A DNA stretch of 64,000 nucleotides from assembly GCA_029006155.1 (NCBI GenBank), contig JAQXGF010000115.1, positions 3,161 through 67,160 of the forward strand, written 5' to 3'. This DNA is from Lachnospiraceae bacterium (GTDB taxonomy: Bacteria > Bacillota > Clostridia > Lachnospirales > Lachnospiraceae). Shown piece after piece: positions 31,388-39,817 of this stretch. A program made the position numbers and the translations under genes. The stretch's first letter is position 1. Every line of letters begins with the position of its first letter. The notes beneath the pieces are model-generated. The model did no database searches. It was not told where the DNA came from and saw nothing but the letters and a program-made list of their open reading frames with translations.

Positions 31388-32752
31388 ATGCCAAAAGCAA
31401 AGCTATTATTTTTCTGTCAGAACTGTGGGTTTGAATCCACAAAGTGGATGGGGCAGTGCCCGGGCTGCAAGGAGTGGAATACCTTTGCAGAGGAGCCGCA
31501 GGCCGCAGTTCCGAAAAAGACAGCAGCGGGGAGCATCCGGAAGGAAGCTCCCCATCCAAAAACACTCTCGGAGATCGAGATTACACAGACCGCGCGTATG
31601 ACGACCGGAATGGGAGAGCTGGACCGTGTGCTCGGAGGAGGCATCGTACAGGGCTCCCTTGTTTTAGTTGGAGGAGATCCGGGTATCGGAAAGTCGACGC
31701 TGCTTTTGCAGGTCTGCCGGAACCTGTCGGCGGCCGGGAAAAAGGTGCTCTACATTTCCGGAGAGGAGTCGATGCAGCAGATCCGCCTCCGTGCAGAGCG
31801 CATGGGGACATTTACCGATCAGCTGCTGATCCTGTGTGAGACGAGCCTGGAGACGATCCGGGAGGCGATCGCACGGATCCAGCCGGAGGTCGTCATCATT
31901 GACTCGATCCAGACGATGTACAATGAGAATGTATCGTCTGCTCCGGGCAGTGTCTCACAGGTGCGGGAGTCAACCGGGGTGCTCATGCAGATCGCCAAGG
32001 GGATGAATATCACGATCTTTATCGTCGGACATGTGACGAAGGAGGGCGTGGTGGCCGGTCCGCGGGTGCTGGAGCACATGGTTGACACGGTGCTCTACTT
32101 TGAAGGTGACCGCTATGCGTCCTATCGCATTTTGCGCGGTGTCAAGAACCGGTTTGGCTCGACGAATGAGATTGGCGTCTTTGAGATGCGCGGCTCCGGG
32201 CTCGCAGAAGTGACAAACCCATCGGAATATATGCTCGAAGGGAAGCCGGAAGGCGCGAGCGGCTCGATCGTGGCCTGTACGATGGAGGGGACCCGTCCGG
32301 TACTTCTGGAAGTGCAGGCACTTGTCTGCCAGAGCAATCTGGCCTTTCCGCGCCGGACTGCTGCCGGGACCGACCTGAACCGGGTCAATCTTCTGATGGC
32401 AGTGCTCGAAAAGCGCGCCGGATTGCGCTTGTCTTCCTGTGATGCCTATATTAATATCGCAGGTGGCATCCGGATGAACGAGCCGGCACTCGACCTCGGG
32501 ATTGGTCTGGCGATCGCATCGAGCATGCGGGATGTGCCGATCGATGAGAAGACGATCGCGTTCGGCGAGATCGGACTGAGCGGTGAGGTGCGTTCCGTCA
32601 CGATGGCAGAGCAGCGCGTGCGCGAGGCGAAGAAGCTCGGCTTTACGACCGTGATCCTTCCGGCGAGCTGCAAAAAGCAGGCTGAGCGGGTTGCGGGGAT
32701 CGAGCTGATACCGGTGAAGAATGTACGCGAGGCGATACAGGCGATTTTATAA
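31388..32752 (+). CDS. radA: DNA repair protein RadA/Sms
   Basis: C4 zinc finger, GDPGIGKST, KNRFG. Confidence 0.97.
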   Translation: MPKAKLLFFCQNCGFESTKWMGQCPGCKEWNTFAEEPQAAVPKKTAAGSIRKEAPHPKTLSEIEITQTARMTTGMGELDRVLGGGIVQGSLVLVGGDPGIGKSTLLLQVCRNLSAAGKKVLYISGEESMQQIRLRAERMGTFTDQLLILCETSLETIREAIARIQPEVVIIDSIQTMYNENVSSAPGSVSQVRESTGVLMQIAKGMNITIFIVGHVTKEGVVAGPRVLEHMVDTVLYFEGDRYASYRILRGVKNRFGSTNEIGVFEMRGSGLAEVTNPSEYMLEGKPEGASGSIVACTMEGTRPVLLEVQALVCQSNLAFPRRTAAGTDLNRVNLLMAVLEKRAGLRLSSCDAYINIAGGIRMNEPALDLGIGLAIASSMRDVPIDEKTIAFGEIGLSGEVRSVTMAEQRVREAKKLGFTTVILPASCKKQAERVAGIELIPVKNVREAIQAIL

Positions 32753-32810
32753 GAATAGAGAACGAAAAACAGGGCATACTCCCAGATGAAAGGAGTGTGA
32801 CCTGTTTTTT

Positions 32811-33032
32811 ATGAAGAAGGAAAAAGAAATCCCGGCATGGGAAGATTTAAGTCCGGATGACCGGATGAAATACGAGATCGCAGAGGAACTGGGACTGCTG
32901 GAAAAAGTGCGGACGAGCGGCTGGCGCTCCCTCTCCGCAAAAGAGACCGGGCGGATCGGCGGCCTGATGACGAAGAAGAAACGGATTCTGGCGAAGGCAG
33001 AGGCCGGAAAACAGGAGGTACCCGATTTGTAA
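32811..33032 (+). CDS. Small acid-soluble spore protein, alpha/beta type
   Basis: KYEIAEELGL...GW..LSAKETGRIGG. Confidence 0.88.
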   Translation: MKKEKEIPAWEDLSPDDRMKYEIAEELGLLEKVRTSGWRSLSAKETGRIGGLMTKKKRILAKAEAGKQEVPDL

Positions 33033-33077
33033 TTTGGGAAGCTGCGGCTTGCTTTTTTATGCGCTGCACGGTATGAT
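33003..33077 (+). repeat. Left copy of the 75-bp target-site duplication
   Basis: GCCGGAAAAC...GGTATGAT, identical to 35061-35135. Confidence 0.93.
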
Positions 33078-35060
33078 CCCATCTTTGACAGTTAGAAAGT
33101 GAAAAAATGGTCAAAAAGCCAGTGATTATGCGGCTTGTGACCATTTTTTCTTATGCAACGATATGTACTAGTTTATGGCGTTTTTGATTTTAACTGCTTT
33201 GTTTTTTTAATGATACTTCGCATAGATGATTTCGTAATAAGTTCATAATCCGTTCGGAAATCGAATGCTTCATGCAATGTATCGGTTAATTCGGTTCGTG
33301 TGTAAGACGGAATGTAGCCGTTTGCTGTATTCAACAGAGTCATCTGCATGGAACGTAACGTATCTATGATCTGGCTGGCAGTATACTGTGTCCCGATTTT
33401 CTTCTCCAGAAGCCTGTAGAGAAGCAGGCTGATGTAGCAGGTCAGAAAGTGGGCTTTAATGCGGTCGTCCCTTCTGACATATACAGGGCGTGCTTCAAAC
33501 TCCGTTTTCATGATTCTGAAGTTTTCTTCAATCTCCCAACGCTGGCGGTTAATTTTTATAATCTCGCCAACATCACCTTCCAGATTTGTAATGACGGCAT
33601 AAAAGCCATCATACATTTCCTCTTTCAGGATCTGCTCTTCATCCAGACTGTAAACCTGTTTCTCTGCGATTTCTCCATCCAGCGTAACAGCACTTTTTTT
33701 CACAAAACGCATGGGATCATTTTGATTTTTCCCTTTGCGTTTTCGTCCTGGTGAAGTAATGAGTTTTTCAGCACGATCGATCTGTCTGGAACGTATTTTT
33801 TGCTGATAAGCCTTATACTTTGGAGAATAAGTTACAATTAGGGTTTCATCCATACTGCCAGTGACAACCGGTATTTCCTTGTAATAAACAGCATTATAAA
33901 CTTCTTCGTCTGTTTCATCCAGGGTCCGTAAATCAATAAAGCGTTCGGAACCAAGTCTGCGGAACTGCGTTGGATTCAAAGCAGTTTTCCTGTCTTCCTG
34001 TTTCATTTTTTTCAGAGAATGGGTAATGACATAAGCCCGTTTACCAAAACTGTTAAAACGTCTGTTGCTGGCGCTTCCCAGTCCTGCATCGGAACAGAAG
34101 ATAAATTCGCTGTAGTCGAAGTCGTGAAGGATTTCTGTTTCCAGAGGCTTTAAAGTTGTCTGTTCATTCTGGTTCCCAGGAAAAATATCAAAAGCAAGGG
34201 GGATTCCGTCCGCGTCCATGAAAAGCCCCATTGTTACAATCGGGTTAGGGCGGTTTTCCTTACTTTTCCCATAACGTTTGATACCACTTTCTTCTTCGAT
34301 TTCAAAGTAATAATTCGTACAGTCATAATAAAGAATCTGCCGGTTCCTTGGATGGATAAAGTTGGAATTCCTGTATAGCTCACCCTGGATAAAAGTAGAT
34401 TCTTCTGCAATCACAGAAAGGGCACGGTAAACGTCTGGAAGGCTGTATTTTGGCGGCTTCAATAAGGTCTGGCAGAATTCGTAACTGCCAAGCTTGCTGG
34501 CAGGAGAAAGTATACGGGCATAGACCAGATCTGTAAGGATTGCATTCAGGTCATACTTGAAGTGATGACGGTTTTTAACTGTCCGGCAGATTCGGTCAAG
34601 GCGGAGCTCGGTGCACAATGCCTGAAGGAATAAATAGCCGACTTGAAAAGAACGTGATTCATTTACCGGAATGCGTGCAGCCTGGGAAAACTCCACGATA
34701 ACTTTTCCATTGTGCTGGTTGTAAAGTTTTGTTTCTTTATCAGCCTCATCTTTAGCCCATGCCATGAGCTTTTCTTTATCGCCACCGAACTGTTCTAAAA
34801 GAGTATTATACTTTCCGAGCTTTTTATAGATGCGGGAAGATGATTTGCCATCCTCTCTACGGAAAGATTGATAAATGTAAACATCTTTATTGTTTTTACT
34901 GCCTGTAACTGCGATATACATAATAAAAAATCCTTTTTTTCTTCTATTATAATACACTATTACAAACAAGTACATATAAAAACAAAAAATTTGACATAAA
35001 AAATGCAGGTTTTATGCGACCTGCGAGGTATTTTTCGAATATGTAACTGTCAAACTCCCG
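33078..35060 (-). mobile_element. IS1634-family insertion sequence (about 1.98 kb)
   Basis: Imperfect terminal IRs CCCATCTTTGACAGTT / CGGGAGTTTGACAGTT; DDE transposase; long flanking direct repeat; lower GC. Confidence 0.92.
33173..34921 (-). CDS. IS1634 family DDE transposase
   Basis: YYDCTNYYFE, GKSKENRP, SDAGL, RWEIEENFRIMK, RPVY...RIKAH. Confidence 0.92.
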   Translation of the reverse strand: MYIAVTGSKNNKDVYIYQSFRREDGKSSSRIYKKLGKYNTLLEQFGGDKEKLMAWAKDEADKETKLYNQHNGKVIVEFSQAARIPVNESRSFQVGYLFLQALCTELRLDRICRTVKNRHHFKYDLNAILTDLVYARILSPASKLGSYEFCQTLLKPPKYSLPDVYRALSVIAEESTFIQGELYRNSNFIHPRNRQILYYDCTNYYFEIEEESGIKRYGKSKENRPNPIVTMGLFMDADGIPLAFDIFPGNQNEQTTLKPLETEILHDFDYSEFIFCSDAGLGSASNRRFNSFGKRAYVITHSLKKMKQEDRKTALNPTQFRRLGSERFIDLRTLDETDEEVYNAVYYKEIPVVTGSMDETLIVTYSPKYKAYQQKIRSRQIDRAEKLITSPGRKRKGKNQNDPMRFVKKSAVTLDGEIAEKQVYSLDEEQILKEEMYDGFYAVITNLEGDVGEIIKINRQRWEIEENFRIMKTEFEARPVYVRRDDRIKAHFLTCYISLLLYRLLEKKIGTQYTASQIIDTLRSMQMTLLNTANGYIPSYTRTELTDTLHEAFDFRTDYELITKSSMRSIIKKTKQLKSKTP

Positions 35061-35135
35061 GCCGGAAAACAGGAGGTACCCGATTTGTAATTTGGGAAGC
35101 TGCGGCTTGCTTTTTTATGCGCTGCACGGTATGAT
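35061..35135 (+). repeat. Right copy of the 75-bp target-site duplication (contains putative TTGCTT...TATGAT promoter)
   Basis: Identical to 33003-33077. Confidence 0.93.
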
Positions 35136-35175
35136 GATACGGGATCTTTTAAGAAAAAGGAACAGGAGCTACATC

Positions 35176-35835
35176 ATGATAAAAATCTTAATCGTAGAGG
35201 ACGAGGAGCCGATTGCGAACCTCATCCGCATGAATCTGGTAAAGGCGGGCTATCAGTGTGATATCGCTTCAGATGGTGAGCTGGCGGCGGATGCGATTTC
35301 GGAGCGGTCGTTTGACCTCATCTTGCTGGATATCATGCTTCCGAAGCTGAATGGCTATGAAGTGCTGGAATATGCGAAGAGTGTGGATACTCCGGTCATT
35401 TTCCTGACGGCGATGGGAGAGACAGAGCAGAAAGTAAAAGGGCTGCGGCTCGGGGCGGAAGACTATATTGCAAAGCCGTTTGAGATCGCCGAGCTGCTTG
35501 CCCGTGTGGAGACCGTGCTGCGGCGCTGCAAAAAGACCGACCGGCAGCTGCATTTTCTGAACATTGACATCGACACCGATTCGCGTACGGTGCTGCAGGA
35601 CGGACATCCCGTCGATCTGACGACAAAAGAGTACGAGCTGCTGCTTTTGTTTTTGCGCAATAAGAACCGGGCACTATATCGGGAGACGATCTATGAAAAT
35701 GTGTGGGGTGGCGAATACAGCGGCACCGGTCGGACGGTCGATCTGCACGTACAGCGTCTGAAGAAAAAGCTGGGGCTGGAGGAACATATCGTGGCGATCT
35801 ACAAGGTTGGTTATCGTCTGGTGGATGAAAGCTGA
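35176..35835 (+). CDS. OmpR family response regulator
   Basis: ILIVEDE, LLDIMLP, KPF, RTVDLHVQRL. Confidence 0.96.
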   Translation: MIKILIVEDEEPIANLIRMNLVKAGYQCDIASDGELAADAISERSFDLILLDIMLPKLNGYEVLEYAKSVDTPVIFLTAMGETEQKVKGLRLGAEDYIAKPFEIAELLARVETVLRRCKKTDRQLHFLNIDIDTDSRTVLQDGHPVDLTTKEYELLLLFLRNKNRALYRETIYENVWGGEYSGTGRTVDLHVQRLKKKLGLEEHIVAIYKVGYRLVDES

Positions 35836-35880
35836 TAGATCACTTGATCACGTGGCAGGAGTTCTGGGAAAGGGGGTACC

Positions 35881-37365
35881 ATGCGGCTTTCGTGGAAACT
35901 GTTTTTTATTACAACGCCGATCTTCGTGCTGTTTCTGACCGTTTTCGGCACGTGGATCATACAGGACAGCTTTGACCACAGCCTTGACCAGGCCGTGGAG
36001 CAGTGTATGGCGGAGAATCAGACTTTTCAGAATTCCTATGAGCTGACGAATCATGCGCTCTCTGAGGAGCAGTGGAATCAGACGACGATCAAGAAGATCG
36101 TATCGAGTTTTCATAAAAGCAGGGAGGCCGGGGACGGCAATGCGCGCATTTACGACAGTGACGGGAGCATTCTTTACGAAGACAACGCACTGACGCTGAA
36201 GCTGGAGCACACCGATGCGGAAGAGACATCCGGGGAAAAGATGCGGATCAAGACGGCCGGAGCGCGGATCATGGAATCCCTGACGGAAGAAGAAAATACC
36301 GGCTATGTCGTCGGATCTCAGGCCGGGCAGTGGTATGTCACAGTCGTGAGCCGCAACAGCTCCGGGAGCTACATAGAAACGACCCGAAATATTTCCTCGA
36401 TTTATGAAAACCGGGATGCGATGTATGCACGCTATCAGATCGGCGTCATTTTGCTGACGGTGCTCGTCGGATGTGTGATTCTGTTCATGCTGTTTTTTGT
36501 CATGCGGAATATGCAGAAACTCTCGCGCGTCACGCGGCAGTTTGCGCGTGGGCAGTACGATGCGCGGGTGAAGATCAGGAGTGAGGACGAGATCGGACGG
36601 CTCGCGGAGGACTTCAACTGGATGGCGGATGCGATGAGCCGTCAGATGGAGCAGCTGCAGTACGAGGTCAGACGGCAGGAAGAATTTACCGCAGCATTTG
36701 CCCATGAACTGAAGACGCCGCTGACGTCCATCATCGGCTATGCGGATACGATCCGGCAGATGGAGCTGTCGAAAGAAGAGACCGATATGTGTGCGGACTA
36801 CATCTTCCGGCAGGGAAAACGGCTGCAGACACTCGCCTATAAGCTGCTGGAGATGACAATGGCGGGCAATCAGGAGATCACCCAGCAGGAAATCTCAGTG
36901 CCGGAATTTTTACAGGAGATCCAAAAGACGGCGGCAGAATCTCTAAAGGAAAAACAGCTGACCCTGCTGGAAGCGGCAGAGCCGGGACTGATCTATGGAG
37001 ACCGGGATTTACTCGCTTCTCTGTTTTTGAATCTGATCGACAATGCGCGAAAAGCATCCGAGCCGGGGAAACGGATCTGGCTGACCGGACATCAGAGGCA
37101 GGATGGCTATCTGATCTTTGTGGCGGATGAGGGGCGCGGGATTCCAAAAGATGAGCTGGCACGGATCACAGAAGCCTTTTACATGGTGGATAAATCACGT
37201 TCCAGAAAGGAAGGCGGCGCGGGGCTCGGTCTGGCGCTCTGCCAGAAGATCATAGAGCTGCATGGAGCGATGTGGCGGTTTGAAAGTGGAGTCGGACAGG
37301 GACTCAGGGTGTCCGTCATGTTCTGGGATCCGGAGCCACATGGCAGAACAGGAGGGCAGGCATGA
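35881..37365 (+). CDS. HAMP-domain sensor histidine kinase
   Basis: Two TM segments, HAMP, HELKTPLT, NLIDNA, GAGLGL. Confidence 0.96.
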   Translation: MRLSWKLFFITTPIFVLFLTVFGTWIIQDSFDHSLDQAVEQCMAENQTFQNSYELTNHALSEEQWNQTTIKKIVSSFHKSREAGDGNARIYDSDGSILYEDNALTLKLEHTDAEETSGEKMRIKTAGARIMESLTEEENTGYVVGSQAGQWYVTVVSRNSSGSYIETTRNISSIYENRDAMYARYQIGVILLTVLVGCVILFMLFFVMRNMQKLSRVTRQFARGQYDARVKIRSEDEIGRLAEDFNWMADAMSRQMEQLQYEVRRQEEFTAAFAHELKTPLTSIIGYADTIRQMELSKEETDMCADYIFRQGKRLQTLAYKLLEMTMAGNQEITQQEISVPEFLQEIQKTAAESLKEKQLTLLEAAEPGLIYGDRDLLASLFLNLIDNARKASEPGKRIWLTGHQRQDGYLIFVADEGRGIPKDELARITEAFYMVDKSRSRKEGGAGLGLALCQKIIELHGAMWRFESGVGQGLRVSVMFWDPEPHGRTGGQA

Positions 37366-38408
37366 AAAAGAAGAAACGCTGGAAGCATATCCTGGAATAT
37401 GAACTCGGCGTACTGGCGCTCGTCGCCGTCTTGCTGATCGCATGGTTCGGGCCGGATCTCTATGCCTCGTGGCAGGATCAGACGCAGGAGGGGAAGGTCG
37501 TATGTTCCTCCCGCGATGAGATCCGGTTTCTGGATACGGACTCTCTGGATATCGCAGGGCGGATGGTGCTGTTGCAGGATGCAGAGCATCTGAGCTGGTA
37601 TGAGAATGATATTTATTATGACGGAAATGTGCTGACGAATGAGGAGATCAATCGGTTGTTGATTCAGCGTCCGCGCGCACTTGCAGCGCAGTGGGTGGCA
37701 GCAGGTGTCATGCCGGAGGAGTTCATCGAGCGGATTCCGGAGACGCTTTCGGAAGCAGACGTCCTGGGCGATGGAACCTCATCCGGTATCTATTCGGTGA
37801 TGATTGATCAGAATGTATTAAATGTGCTTGTACTTAATTTTGTAGAGTCCGCAGACACATATGGATCACCGTCGGTCGTGGGACTTGTGCTGGATGCCGA
37901 CAAGGATGTGCTCTACTATGCGGCATTCTACGATCCGGACTGCTGGGACTGGATGGCAGAACGGCTCGGAGGGGATGCAAATGCGGAAGGGGCAAATGGA
38001 TCCGCCTATGCAGATTTGCTGCATCGCTTTCAGGATGGAAAAGAGATACCGGATCATATCGTGGACTGCGGGGATCTCGCGGCAGTGAGCAGTGCGGAGA
38101 GCGCCGGGGAAACGGATGTGAATCGTTTTTCCGGAGATACAGATGGACTGTATCAGGACTTCACTTTGCAGTATGATCGGTTTACCAGTACTGCACGTGT
38201 CGCGTTGACCGGCTTCACGGGCCGTGGCTATGGATGGTCCGTCGCGCTTGGTACGCCGCTCTGGAGTCAGTTTTATAATGAGATTATGGATTATTCCGAA
38301 GGGACGTCCTGTTATAGTGGTACGGCAGAGGACTGGTTTGTTGATCCTTATGCGATGCTCCATTCAGCGGGAGAGACGCCGTATAACGGACAGATATATG
38401 ATGAGTAA
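37362..38408 (+). CDS. Membrane-anchored acidic extracellular protein, translationally coupled to the kinase
   Basis: MKKKKR followed by a single N-terminal TM; ATGA overlap with the kinase stop. Confidence 0.75.
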   Translation: MKKKKRWKHILEYELGVLALVAVLLIAWFGPDLYASWQDQTQEGKVVCSSRDEIRFLDTDSLDIAGRMVLLQDAEHLSWYENDIYYDGNVLTNEEINRLLIQRPRALAAQWVAAGVMPEEFIERIPETLSEADVLGDGTSSGIYSVMIDQNVLNVLVLNFVESADTYGSPSVVGLVLDADKDVLYYAAFYDPDCWDWMAERLGGDANAEGANGSAYADLLHRFQDGKEIPDHIVDCGDLAAVSSAESAGETDVNRFSGDTDGLYQDFTLQYDRFTSTARVALTGFTGRGYGWSVALGTPLWSQFYNEIMDYSEGTSCYSGTAEDWFVDPYAMLHSAGETPYNGQIYDE

Positions 38409-38484
38409 ACGATATAAAAAGGAAATAACAATAACATTTGGAAGAAAATGCAGAAATTATGGTGAGTGCGGAAAAAACTTCACA

Positions 38485-38539
38485 TGATACAAATTTGATA
38501 CAACTCTGAGGAGATTTTGATACATCTTCCTTCTATAAT
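38485..38539 (+). promoter_or_regulatory. OmpR-type direct-repeat array and -10 box upstream of the DD-carboxypeptidase
   Basis: TGATACA at 38485, 38496 and 38518 (11-bp phase; degenerate TGAGGAG at 38507); TATAAT at 38534. Confidence 0.7.
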
Positions 38540-38582
38540 CCTTTCTGCAAGGTGAGATCGCCTGCGGGGAGGATTTTTGTAT

Positions 38583-39647
38583 ATGAGTGCAGAAGAGAAA
38601 GCAGAAAACATTTGCCGGAGCATCGGGATCGCGGTGCCCGTGCAGGAAGAGGATGCAGATATGCAAAAAGAAACGCGTGTGGGGACACGAAAAGAAGCAG
38701 GAAAGACAAAGCCGGTAAGGGGAACGGCAAAAAAGGGACAAACGTCTGTAAAGAAAACAGAAGGGTATGTGAAAAAAACAGGAACGAAGGCTGCCAAGAC
38801 AACGGCAAAGAAGCGGGAGGTCAGGGAATGGACGGTAGATGCAGGTGTGACGGAACTGCCGAAAGAAGCACAGAAGCGAAATACTGGAAGAAAGAAGCGA
38901 AAAAAGAAAGATCCGTATATGCATAGCTTAAAACGCCGCTGCGCACTGCTGGCCGCACTGGCACTGGTGCTTGGCGGGATGGTTGTGGCGCGGCCATATC
39001 TGAAACGATATACGGTTCCGGTGGGCGGACGGACGATCACAGGGAACAGCAGCTATATCACGGACGAGTCCGGGCTGCCGGTACAGAATCCGCTGATTCT
39101 CGTCAATAAGGCAAATCCACTGCCGGATGATTATGAGGTGGATCTGCACTGGCTGAGCAACGGGACGTGTGCGGTCTCCTCTCTGATCTATGAACCATTG
39201 AGTGAGATGCTGACGGATGGAAGCAGTGAGGGGTTGCAGTTCGTCGTAGCATCCGGATACCGGGACGTGGAGACACAGCAGCAGCTCCTTGACGAGGATA
39301 TCGAGGCGGATATGCAGAACGAAGGGATGAGCTGGCAGGAAGCCTACGACAAGGAGACGATGGAGACAATGCCGCCGGGCTACAGCGAGCACAGCACCGG
39401 GCTGGCGGTGGATCTCGTGGCACTCGATTATCAGATCCTTGATGGAGGGCAGGAGCAGACACCGGAGAATCAGTGGCTGCAGGAAAATTGCAGCCGGTAC
39501 GGATTCATCCTCCGTTATCCGGAGGGAAAAGAGGCAGTGACGGATATTCACTACGAGTCGTGGCATTTTCGCTACGTCGGAGTGGAAGCTGCGCAGGAGA
39601 TCATGAGCAGGGGGAGCACGCTTGAGGAATATCTGGGGGCGTATTAA
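38583..39647 (+). CDS. VanY-like M15B D-alanyl-D-alanine carboxypeptidase with a basic N-terminal tail and TM
   Basis: SGYR, PGYSEHSTGLAVD, YGFILRYP, YESWHFRYVG; start codon uncertain. Confidence 0.9.
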   Translation: MSAEEKAENICRSIGIAVPVQEEDADMQKETRVGTRKEAGKTKPVRGTAKKGQTSVKKTEGYVKKTGTKAAKTTAKKREVREWTVDAGVTELPKEAQKRNTGRKKRKKKDPYMHSLKRRCALLAALALVLGGMVVARPYLKRYTVPVGGRTITGNSSYITDESGLPVQNPLILVNKANPLPDDYEVDLHWLSNGTCAVSSLIYEPLSEMLTDGSSEGLQFVVASGYRDVETQQQLLDEDIEADMQNEGMSWQEAYDKETMETMPPGYSEHSTGLAVDLVALDYQILDGGQEQTPENQWLQENCSRYGFILRYPEGKEAVTDIHYESWHFRYVGVEAAQEIMSRGSTLEEYLGAY

Positions 39648-39817
39648 TTAAGAAAAAAATAAGGGGAAGTTTGGTTCCTCTTAAAGAATTCTTTGAGAGA
39701 AATTTGCTAGAATAAGCGGGATTTATTTCTGAGAACAGTCGGATCGTCGAGCCGGAATTGGAGATTTGGCCGGTATGTGGTTCATTATCGATAGAAAACA
39801 GGCAGGAGAGCAATGTG

